Positions 1-11,900 of a stretch of DNA of 64,000 nucleotides are shown one piece after another (the stretch's first letter is position 1; each line of letters starts with the position of its first letter). The notes under the pieces were generated by a model. It was not told the DNA's origin, did not search any database, and saw nothing but the letters and a program-made list of their open reading frames with translations. This DNA comes from Chrysomallon squamiferum (Eukaryota > Animalia > Mollusca): positions 22,010,001-22,074,000 of the forward strand of contig CM022670.1 of the NCBI GenBank assembly GCA_012295275.1, written 5' to 3'. The translations under genes were made by a program, and so were the position numbers.

Positions 1-57
1 AGTTAATTATATTAACTCTTTCAGAAGGATATGTACACATGCACACACAGACAATCT

Positions 58-144
58 TCAGTTGTGAGATGTAGGACAGTTTGCATACACTGAGGAAGAT
101 TCAAGATGGAGGAAAGCCAAGTTGCAGAAGAATACAAAGTCATC
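58..144 (-). CDS. PTP-like gene, terminal coding exon
   Basis: tttcag acceptor; DDFVFFCNLAFLHLESSSVYANCPTSHN then TGA at 60-58. Confidence 0.75.
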   Translation of the reverse strand, partial: DDFVFFCNLAFLHLESSSVYANCPTSHN

Positions 145-1225
145 CTGAAATACACAGCGATATTTTTGTAAAAAACATTTATCTCTATCTGTCTGTCTGA
201 TGTATAATTCTTACATTGATAAACCGAATATTCTGATCCGAAAATCAATAAAACATAAATTCTTATATTCTACGAAAAAGTTTTTATTTATATATTTATT
301 TATTTATTTACTATTCTTATTTTTATCATTACTGATATTAGTTGTTATTGTACTAGCATTACATAAATCAAAATATTACAAATAACAAGTAACAATCTTT
401 TGTTACCTGGATAGAAAGATGATCAGCACTTAATAAATATCATTTATAAGATAATTAAGGTTACATTTTAATAAGACACTACGGATTTTTACCTTGGTGA
501 ATGTAACATTAGGAAGTATTGTTTGCAATCTTCTGATGTTGTTGAAGATCTCAACTTCTGTGTCGAGTTTAGTACCAAACAGAATGTTGTTTGCTATGCA
601 CAGCGTTGTGACATTCTTAGCTTCACATTCTCTGAAACAAATAAGCAAAATAAATAAATAAATACAAATAATCACATGGACACAGATAAAGGCATCAGCA
701 TTTTTCTTAAAATATATTAAACAATGAAACAGTACAGAAACTAACACTTACCTGTATACAAAAGTGACAGGATGAAACTTCTCTTTTTGTTGTTGTAATA
801 TTTCACTGATTGTTCTCAGACAGGTTATCAGTGTTACAGAGTCAGTGGTTGGCAACCATCTGTGAATACAGTAATGTTGTATCTCTCGTTTTTCAGTATC
901 ACCCTGAAAGTATTAAAGTATATAGTATATCTGATGAAGATAATAATCACTACACATTTTTTTATTTCTCTATGATGCAGGTTATAAACAAAATTTACGT
1001 ATTTCTGATGTACATAATAAACAATATATCTATGTGTGATTCATATAGGTAATAGACAATATTTATGTGTTTCTAATATAAATAGTAAACCATATTTACG
1101 TGTGTCTCAACTTCCAGTGTGTTTTCCATTATCTCGTGTGTCACTGAAGTCTGGTGAAGATTTCTCACTGTGACCTTTCCATATTTTACTGATTCGTTCT
1201 TCAGAGGAATCAAGTTTACGCCAGC
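58..1225 (-). CDS. Receptor-type protein tyrosine phosphatase-like gene, 3' end (degenerate D2-like PTP domain); exons 1225-1100, 903-752, 631-493, 144-58; 5' part missing
   Basis: Four GT-AG exons splice in frame to AGVNLIPLKNESVKYGKVTVRNLHQTSVTHEIMENTLEVETH-GDTEKREIQHYCIHRWLPTTDSVTLITCLRTISEILQQQKEKFHPVTFVY-RECEAKNVTTLCIANNILFGTKLDTEVEIFNNIRRLQTILPNVTFTK-DDFVFFCNLAFLHLESSSVYANCPTSHN*. The order of motifs (YGxVTV, RxIxHY..W.P, VxIFxxIRxL, terminal YAN) resembles the C-terminal half of a PTP domain. Family call made by eye. Confidence 0.75.
493..631 (-). CDS. PTP-like gene, penultimate exon
   Basis: tttcag acceptor, AAG|gtaaaa donor; (R)ECEAKNV...PNVTFTK; lies within ORF 430..747. Confidence 0.78.
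752..903 (-). CDS. PTP-like gene, internal exon
   Basis: ctttcag acceptor, AG|gtaagt donor; GDTEKREIQHY...HPVTFVY. Confidence 0.78.
1100..1225 (-). CDS. PTP-like gene, internal exon
   Basis: cttcag acceptor, CAC|gtaaat donor; 126 nt open, phase 0/0. Confidence 0.72.
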
Positions 1226-1554
1226 CTGAAGATGAAAATGTTCGATATTACATACAAATGATAATAATATAAATAAAACTGAATAATGTTTAATAAAAAG
1301 TCCAATATTTTATTGAGAAACAGAATGATGATCACATTTGATGTATACTATTACTAATAAATAATAAAGCTTCAAAATATTTTAACAAAATTGTTATTTG
1401 TTTAGCAGAGAGAAATAAACAATAAAAATAATAAAAATGTAGCAGACAGTAAATTTAAGAAATGTACAGAATTACATATAATAACAAACTCACGATTCTC
1501 CTAACTCATCTAGTTTAATATACGTTATCAAATGTTATATACTGATCCTGAAGA

Positions 1555-1754
1555 NNNNNNNNNNNNNNNNNNNNNNNNNNNNNNNNNNNNNNNNNNNNNN
1601 NNNNNNNNNNNNNNNNNNNNNNNNNNNNNNNNNNNNNNNNNNNNNNNNNNNNNNNNNNNNNNNNNNNNNNNNNNNNNNNNNNNNNNNNNNNNNNNNNNNN
1701 NNNNNNNNNNNNNNNNNNNNNNNNNNNNNNNNNNNNNNNNNNNNNNNNNNNNNN
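1555..1754. other. Assembly gap (200 N)
   Basis: Run of exactly 200 N, typical of a fixed-length scaffolding placeholder. Confidence 0.98.
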
Positions 1755-2029
1755 TCACACACCTATTTTAATTTCATTATTTTTTTGTTTATTTAATTTC
1801 ATTATTAGCTTATTTTAATTTTAATAGATTACGTTTATTTAATTTCATTTTTGATAATCTGTAAAAACAGGTTTTTTTATGAATTTTACTTTCATGTAAA
1901 AACATGTTGCACTGTTAGTTTTAGTTGACACAGGATACTATCAAACAGTAGTTCTGTTCTTTCAGTAATGTGTAATTAAGAACAACACTGAAATAAAGTG
2001 AGACATTTTCAAACATTTTACATTGTTGC

Positions 2030-2845
2030 ATCATTCTAATATGTAGAACTACTGTTTTAGTTTGATATGTTATTCACATTATTACATTGTTCTAATATGT
2101 AGGACTACTAGTTTTAGTTTGATATGTTATTCACATTGTTACATCATTTTAATATGTAGGACTACTGGTTTTAGTTTGATCTGTTATTCACATTATTACA
2201 TTGTTCTAATATGTAGGGCTGCTGGTTTAGTTTGATCTGTTATTCACATTATTACATTGTTCTAATATGTAGGACTACTGGCTTTAGTTTGATCTGTTAT
2301 TCACATTGTTACATTGTTCTAATATGTAGGACTACTGGTTTACTATTCACATTATTACATTGTTCTAATATGTTTGGCTTTAGTTTGATCTGTTATTCAC
2401 ATTGTTACATTGTTCTAATATGTAGGACTACTGGTTTTAGTTTGATCTGTTATTCACATTATTACATTGTTCTAATATGTAGGACTACTGGTTTTAGTTT
2501 GATATGTTATTCACATTGTTACATTGTTCTAATATTTAGGACTACTGGTTTAGTTTGATATGTTATTCACATTGTTACATTGTTCTAATATGTAGGACTA
2601 CTGGCTTTAGTTTGATCTGTTATTCACATTGTTACATTGTTCTAATATGTAGGACTACTGGTTTTAGTTTGATCTGTTATTCACATTATTACATTGTTCT
2701 AATATGTAGGACTACTGGTTTTAGTTTGATATGTTATTCACATTGTTACATTGTATTAACATGTAGGACTACTGGTTTTAGTTTGATATGTTATTCACAT
2801 TATTACATTGTTCTAATATGTAGGACTACTGGTTTTAGTTTGTTC
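2030..2845. repeat. 57-bp minisatellite, about 14 copies
   Basis: Unit gttttagtttgatctgttattcacattattacattgttctaatatgtaggactactg; it explains the 19-aa periodic ORFs 2232..2558 and 2555..2890. Confidence 0.95.
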
Positions 2846-2920
2846 TGTTCATTCATTAATGTAATTATGAAGAATGCTGAAATAAAGTGAACCATTTTAA
2901 AAGTGTTGACATTGTTGTAG

Positions 2921-3018
2921 GGTGCAGACAGATGGAGTAATGATCTGTTTTTTGGAAACCAGCGAGTGGCCTGTCTCAACAACTGCATCATTCAACTGTG
3001 TACAGCCATTCCAGACAA
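2921..3018 (+). CDS. Lipoxygenase exon (first visible)
   Basis: ttgtag|GADRWSNDLFFGNQRVACLNNCIIQLCTAIPDK|gtaata. Confidence 0.9.
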
Positions 3019-3149
3019 GTAATACAGAAATTTAACTTTACATTTCACCAGCCAAAATATTTCTAAATAAATAATTATATATTGCATTTAATTAAAAAAA
3101 TTCAAAGTTGTTCCATAGAATTAATTTTTTGTGATTATTTATATAACAC

Positions 3150-3180
<31 letters not shown>

Positions 3181-4386
3181 CATACATACATGTACACACA
3201 CATATATATACACACACACATATAAAATTACATATATACAGCCAGATATACTCACACATACATAAAAATAGACATACATATCAATACATACACATATTAA
3301 TACATAATATAAATACACTCACAGACAAACAGACAATTAAGTATAACGAGTATTATCGTGTTGCAGACTGGCAGTTACAGAAGAAATGCTCAAACCTCTG
3401 CTAGAAGGTCTGAGTCTGGAGCAAGCCATTCAAGACAAACGTTTGTTTATGTGTGACTACGAAATCCTTACTGGAATACCCTGCAAAGAAGACTTCATTG
3501 TAAGCCTGGAGTCATTTCTTAGTAAACTTCATAGAAATAGATCTCTTCAGACTTCGTTGAATATATAGTAAACATATTAAGAGTTGATCATTTCTAAAGG
3601 ATTTTATTTTGATAAAAGAGAAATGACAAGTTTTATTCTTGAAATGCAGTTCTCAACAGTTAAATTTTTTGCACTAATAACAAACAGTTCAAGATAATTC
3701 TACAAAATTCATAGGATATATTATAACATTTAAACCACCTGTTACTTCTGTATAAATTTATATTTCTAGAACATTTATAATAATTAAATAAATCAATCAA
3801 TCAATAATGATAATAATAATCTTTAAACAATTTATTACTTTGCTTATTACTTTGAATTCGTAGAATCTAATACTCATATAATATTGTTTAACAGAATACA
3901 ATAGAGTAAGTTATTTAAAGATCTTTGTTCTTACAAAGTAATAATACATACAAACAAATCTTTAAATCACTTAATATGTTAAGCAGTTATTTAAACACAT
4001 GTGTATGTGTATTTGTATGTAGATATTACTGTGTTTAAATACACATTATGTTTAGTTGCTGTTTTGTTTTTCTCATCCAGTGTCCTGATCCTCTTGGTCT
4101 GTTTTTTCTGAATGGAAACAAGAGACTGGTTCCCATAGCAATCCAACTGTTCCAGAAACCTTCCCCAGACAACCCTGTATGTATCTCTTCTCAGTTTTAA
4201 TCACCACATTTTTGATTGAATCATTTTACAATTAAAACCATTACTTTTAACAGTAATACAGAACTATATTTGTATTTAGTGACCAACAGTCTACAAGTTT
4301 TCTTGGTCACCATAAACTATAAGTTGTGTATGTCTGTTTGTATGTATATGTATGATTGTGTATATAATATGTGTATGTAATTATGT

Positions 4387-4425
<39 letters not shown>

Positions 4426-4506
4426 AAGTGTGTGTATGTGGATGTCATATATATGTGTGTATATGTATTATGTATCTATGTATGTATATATGTAAAAAAT
4501 GTGTAA

Positions 4507-4550
<44 letters not shown>

Positions 4551-7403
4551 CATTAGAGAGAAATTATCAGATGACAGAGAATGTGATGTATACTCTTGGG
4601 ACTTGCATTGATTATCAGCTAATTTCCCAGCTTATCACCACTGTATGAATGCATTAATGTTAAGTAGATTTTAATTCTAACATTAAGCTGATCATGTGTC
4701 CCAGGGCATGTTGATCAAAGTGGATATTTCTCTCAGGGAACAATTAACACAAACTGTGGACTCACTTAAACATTAATTTGTAATGGTTTAAGAAACCACC
4801 AAGTGGCAAATCATTAACATTTATTTTGAAACAAGCATAATGTTAGAACATGTACTGGCAAAACATGCATTTATTTTGTTAGCATTTCTTAAAACATATT
4901 TTGAAACAGTTGTTTATTTTGATAGTATTTCTTAGACATATTTTTTTAAAATAAAATTTAATAGTGCTAGAGTTTCCAAAAAAATATTTATTTTGAAATA
5001 AGTATTTATTATCTTAGTATTTCTAAAACAGTATATTGTGAAACTCTTAAAATGTACTTTGAAACAGTCATTGATTATGTTAGCATTTCTTTCCCTGCTA
5101 ATGTTGGCACAAACTAAATATCAGGATGTTGTTACTGCATCAAGGTAATTTTGTTTGTTATCTAGCACTGATAGTAAAATTAGGAGTAATTTAATATTGA
5201 AAATAACAGTTTTCTGCAATTTTATGCAAATTATGACATATAATATTTAAAAATTGTTTTAAATTCAGAAATGAACTGCATTTAATTTGGTATTGAAGAA
5301 ATTAAATATTGTCAATTTAATGTAAATCCTGACATACTGATTTCATAAACAGTTGTTTTAAGTTCAGAAATGAATTGTATTTTGTTTAAAACTGAAAATA
5401 ACAGTATTGTGCAGTTTAATATAAATTTACATTGTGTTGTATTCATAACTGTTTTAAGTTCACAAACAAACTGTATTTTTTATATACCATATATACTTGT
5501 GTACAAGGCAACCTTAATAATTTTAAGACAAAAATAACTGTTTTAAGTTCACAAACCAAACTGTATATTGTGTTTATATATAATAATAAACAAGTTCTTT
5601 TGATTTTTTCAGGTTTTCTCACTTTAAAATGATCCAATGTCATTAAACAGAAGAATATCATGTTTTAAAATTTGGTTTTGTTTTTAATTTTTCAAAATGT
5701 TTTTTAATGATAAAATTATATTTTTGAAAAGCTGAAAGTTGTCCATCCAGTCAAAATCAGCAACAGCTACAAAAGCATTACCTATGTTTAGGTTTGTTAC
5801 CTTAATATAGTCTCCCAAAATTTCTTAATCAGAATATTCACCTACATCTGTAAAATAACATAACTTTTAAGTTCACAAACAAACTGTATGTTGTGTTTAA
5901 TATAATAATAAACAAGTCCATTTTGATTTTTTTCAGGTTTTCTTGCCAACTGAACCACCGAACACCTGGGCTATAGTTACAATGTGGTTTAATCTTGCAG
6001 ACTGTGTTGTCCACCAGTCACTCACTCATTTAGGTTTGTCACTTTTCTTAGTCAGAATATTCACCTACATCAGTAAACAACAGCTGTGTACATCACTTGT
6101 TTACAACAGCTGTGTACATCACTTGTATACAATGCAGCTGACATGTCAGAACAAAATGACAGACTATTTGTAATTATTTAACGTGTTCTCCAGTGAGTTA
6201 GAATTTGTATCAGAATCAGTATTTTAATTTGTAACTTTAACCATTTTCTGTTTTCTGGCACTGTTTAGTTTGTCAATACATCGTAGTATTAAAAAAATTC
6301 ACCTCAATATTGGTGTTGCTGGCCATATTAAACCCTCACAAAATTGTACCTATCCAACTGCAGATTATACCATCATGATTTTTTATTTTTTATTTTATTA
6401 AATTAATCTCTATTTTAATATCTAGAGATGTGTTTTCAAACAAAGTCCGTACTAGTCCAAAATATAACCCAGGATATTATAGCTGGGCATGGGCTATTTT
6501 ATACTCAGAGGTATACTTTGGACTATACTTTGTAGACAGAATTTTATCTTGAGTTTTTTTTTATGTCTATTGGGGAATATATATATATATATATATATTA
6601 ATAAATGTTTACTTGTGGCAGAATGTAGGAAAGTTTGTTTTATGATTTTAATCAATTTAATAAGCTAAAATGTTATTAAATACAATATCTAGCTGCCATT
6701 TTGGAATTATTCAAGTTAGGAAGAATACTGATATGGAAAGAATCAGCATCTTTTTGTCATAAGTTAACATTTCATTAATTTTTTTTAATTATATATCTAT
6801 CTTACTAAATTATAATTTGTATACAGATCCTCTCAAATGATTGTCAACTTTGCAAGATGTTACATAATAAAAATTATTCAGAAAACATACATATTATTAA
6901 TGGGTTTTTTTTAAATTCAGGGTACTGCTTATTTAATTTTGTGATTGTTATAAGACTTATTTGTATTAAAGTTGTAAACTGTCATTTATGTTTATTTTTA
7001 TTTTCTCATTAAATCTATAACTATCATTTTCATTTGATACTTTCTCTTTTTTTTTTTTTTTTTTTTTTTTATGTGTGTATGTCCTGCATGTACATGTGAC
7101 TACATATTTTCTTTAAGTGAAAATGAATATGAGAGGACACCAAGTTACAAACATTTATTAATTTTGAACTTTTCAAATGCAGGTTATACACATTTGTTGA
7201 TGGAGGGTGTAACCGTGGCAACCCACCGAAACTTGTCCCAATCTCATCCAGTTTTCAAATTACTAGCTCCACATTTTCTCTACCTGATTGCCATTAACAG
7301 GTAACATTCATATCCTTGTGTGTGTGTGTGTGTATGTGTGTGTGTATATATGTATGTATATATATGTATGTGTGTATGTGTGTATGTGAGTATATATGTC
7401 TGT

Positions 7404-7443
<40 letters not shown>

Positions 7444-8869
7444 TGGGTGGGTGGTTGGGTGTGTCTGTATGAATGTCCAGAATTTCTCATTGATAAATTT
7501 TTATAATTGACTGTTCAAGAATTTTGCATGAAATGAAATATATCCTGCATCACAAGACATATCACACATAAACAGCCATTCTGTACAACAAAATATACCA
7601 GATAATTAAACCTTGTTTTCAGTTAAATTAAAAATAGCTGAATATTTTTGTGTTTTTTCAGTCGAGGTCTGCAGACTCTTGTTTCACCAAATGGCTGGGT
7701 GGAAAAAGTGATGAACATTGGAACAGAAGGAATGTTCTATCTAATAAAGAAAGGGTAAATATTTTATTTATTTTCCTTGCATTATAATTAATACATATTT
7801 ATGAATAGAAATAACAAAAACCAGTGATGATAAATAAATATATACACACACATACATATACAAACACACATATACATAAATATTTATAGAGAAAGAAAAA
7901 TAGATATTTTTATATATGTATGTATATATGTATCTACACACTCATACATTTTGTTTCATTTCAAATTCTAAAGTAGTCTAAGTGAGAGGTATAAGATTCA
8001 TAAATATGTAATGCCTACTAATCTGTGAGAAATATGAAGAAACTTTGATTTGCTGTTGTTTTTGAAATTTATTTATTTATTTATTTATTTATGACTATCA
8101 TTTTATTTTTGTTTATCAATTTCTGTGGAGTTAAAAATGTTTGGAGTTAAAATGTTTGTTACAAAAGCAACAGTTGTCTCCCCTGAGTGATATGTTAGTA
8201 ACTGATATTTTTTGGTATGAATATTTCCAAATTCAGTTATAGCACAGAGGTGTGTTAAACTGATTGATAGTGTGAAAAAAAATGTTCTTTACAAAGTAAA
8301 TTACAACAGATCAAATTTCTGTCAACCAACTGAACAGTAGAGTTGTCTAGTATTTTATCAGAAAGGTTATTTGCAGAAAATATTAACTTTATTCTTTAAA
8401 CTTCTTTATTTTACTATACAGTTATCTTTAAATGTTGTCATTTAAAATTTATAAATTTATATATGAATCTTTTAAAAACAATAAATATAAAGACTGTTTC
8501 AAGAGTGGAAAATGATATTAAACTGTAGTATAACTTTTAAATTATTTGAAATAATAATTACATAAACAGATGTGTATGTGACATTTAATGACACAGACCC
8601 AAGTTTTTCTAGTGTAGGTAGTATTTACAGGACGCTGTTAATTTTTGTAAATAATTATGCTTCTTTGTATTTATAATATTGATAATGAATTACAAAATTG
8701 AATCAATAAAAGATAGATTCTGTAACATTCTCTGACAAACATAAACTGAAAATAATTGCAATCACTTTTTAATAATAAAATAATTATTTATTTATTTATT
8801 ATTTATCTATATTTTATTTTATTTTTTTAATTTTTAATTTTTTTTAATTTTTAAAAAAATATATAATTA

Positions 8870-8916
<47 letters not shown>

Positions 8917-11900
8917 TTTTTTTTTTTTATATTATGTTTTTAGAGGATTGAGCATTCAATGCTTTTGTAATACTATTTCCTTAAACCTCATTAACAATTC
9001 TTGGACTATAGAGTTGTCTTTCTTTCTTTTTTTTGAAGATGTATTTTTGATGTGGTGTCTAAACAACAGCAAACATGTTCTTAGTTTTTCTTTAAGGAAA
9101 CACTAGGAAATAGTAAAATACGTTTATGTGTGGTAGAGCAGTTTTCCAGTGACTCACTATGTTCATTGTTGCAGGTTGGCTCAGTGGAGAGTGGATGTAC
9201 AGGGCACTCTCCCAGAGGAACTGAAAAGTCGTGGAGTAAGTTTCATTTACTCTAGAACAGAAACCCGCTTTAATTTTGATAGTTACATTTGTTTTAAAAC
9301 AGTACTAATAAAAATATATTTTATATTTTAAACAGTACTACTAAAAATAAATTTGTATTTTAAAATAGTACTAATAAAACAGTATTTTAAACAGCACTAC
9401 TAAAATATATATTTGTATTTTAAAATAGTACCAGTAACAATACATTTATATTTTAAAATAACTGATAAAAATGCATTTATATTTTAAAAGTATTAACAAA
9501 AATATATTTATCTTTTAAAATAGTACTAATAGAAATACACTTATATTTTAAAATAACAGACAGAAATATATGTTTTAAAACAACTAATAATAACACTTTT
9601 ATTTTTTTAAATTGTATTAATAAAAATAAAGTATATTATAAAATATCTATAAAAAAAAACATTTATATTTTAAAATAGCACTAATATAAATACTTTTTTT
9701 TTTAAATAGTATTAATTGAAATACATTTATATTTAAAATAATTTTAAAAAATACATTTGTTTTAAAATAATGCTAATAAAAATACTTTTTTTTTTTAAAT
9801 TAGTACAAATAAAAATATATTTATATTTTAAAATAACACTAACATAAATACATCTTTATATATTTTTTTAAATAACTAATAAAAATACCTTTGATTTAAA
9901 ATAACCAAAGAAAATTAATATATTTTTTAAAATACATCATAAAAATACTTATCATTAATAAAAATACATTTATCTTTTAAAATAACTAATAAAATATATA
10001 TTTACATGTGCATTTGAAAATTAATAATGATAAAAGTTGCATTTATGTTTTAAAATAACAACAATACATTTATCTGTTAAAATAACACAAATAAAAATAT
10101 TTTAAAATAACAATAATAAAATTTATGATAACGTTTCATACACAAGGATTGTTAATAATTTTTTATTTGAAAGGCATGTAAACAGAATAAAAAATAAATT
10201 ACAGTTTTATAAAATAATTGTAATTACTGAAAATAACCTTTTAATAAGTTGTAGCTATTTAAAATAATGTATTTATATCTTGTCCTAGAGAACAGTCTTG
10301 TATAAGAAATTAACACTTAATCAGTTTATATCTGTACAGAGATAAAATTCAGAGTGTTTGATGATTGGTTTATTTCAGTTTACAGACTCCAGCATTCTGC
10401 CAGGATACCATTTCCGTGACGATGCCTTGCTTCTGTTTGAATGTATTGACAAATACATCAGAAATTACATCAGTCTATATTACAGTAAGAAAATATTTCA
10501 TACAGTCTGGCAAGACATTTTTGACTGGATATAGTTTTTTCAAATTGTTGATTATTCTAGTCTGAAGCAAGTGTAACATTCTGTTGAGACATGAAAGTAG
10601 AAGATGGTCATGTGTATAAATGTATAAACATCTTTGCAACCAGAAGAAATAAAAATATATATATATATATATATTTTACAAATATAATTATCTACCCAGA
10701 AAATATGGAGAAATAAAAGTAGAATACGTTGCAAATTAAAACAATAAAAGGCTTGTCTGCCACTAGGATCTTCTCTTTTTTTTTTATTTCCCTAAAGACC
10801 GGAACTCTACAATTAAAATTGTGAAAAATTCATTCAAAAACTACAAACTGCAATCCAAACTGATATAGAACAAAGATACAAAATGTGTATCCACTTTTAT
10901 TGTTTATCAAGTTCTAGATAAAAAATGTTCATGTATTGTTTCAAATGAAGAAAACTCTAAGGTAGGTGTAAGTGTACAATACATGAACAGCTGAGTCAAA
11001 CTGTTATTTATTTAATTTATTCAGAGAAACCCTCGATGATTGAAGGGGACTGGGAACTGCAGGCCTGGGGCAGTGAGCTGGTGCAGGAGAAAGAAAAAGG
11101 CGGGGTCGGTTTACTGGTCTGTATTTAATACTTCTTATAACATTTTTGTTAATGTTCAGTTGAATCAGAATCTAAATATTAGTTTCTCTATAGTGGATTG
11201 ATACTGGTATATATATTAATATTTTTCATATTTGATGTTTATCACAAAATTATCACAAAGTAATAATATTTAGCTAATAAATGAATAAATAATTAAAAAA
11301 AAAAAATTGTTATAAATATAAATAAAACTACATAAATAAATAAATAAATAAATGAAAATAATAATAATAAAATAAAATAAATAATACGTATGTTTTAGGC
11401 AAGTTAATGTTACGAATATTAGTAGAAGGTAAGAAATGCAGATATTAAGAATTAACATCCATGTTTGTTGTTGACTGTTTTTTCATGGCTTTTTGGTAAA
11501 AACTAACATTTTACTTCTTCTAATAAGATTGGAATTAGTTCAAACATGTTTTATCTGAAAACACAGAAAGACAGACAGACACACACACACACACACACAC
11601 TACAGAGAATAACTAATAAGCATGTTTTACTAATTGCTACAGCTGAATATGTCTTAACGTGTTTTAAATTTTCACATTATTCTAAAAATTACCTGTAAAC
11701 TTCATAAATATTAAATGTTAAACATGTCACAATCAAATTTAACTACTGTGATTTGTAAAACTTTTATGAATTTCAAATTAAATAATGAAAACAAAAAAAT
11801 TTGATCTTGAATTCAAAGATTTTAACTGACGCGTATACGTCAAAAATAATAATACATAAAATTACTTCAAAGAAGAAATTCAAAAAATAATTTTATAAAT

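Noticed and set aside
1524-1554. Possible further PTP exon on the - strand ((LQ)DQYITFDN|gtatat)
   Set aside because: The phase is compatible, but the segment abuts the N gap, the donor is weak and there is no recognisable motif
1528-1771. Poly-X ORFs
   Set aside because: Artefacts of the N gap
2030-2845. CRISPR-like array (also considered for 52262-52575)
   Set aside because: Units are head-to-tail with no unique spacers, there are no cas genes, and the context is a eukaryotic intron
2232-2890. Cys/His/Tyr-rich repetitive ORFs resembling zinc-finger or metallothionein proteins
   Set aside because: They are translations of the 57-bp minisatellite, with non-ATG starts, frameshifting unit variants and no splice support
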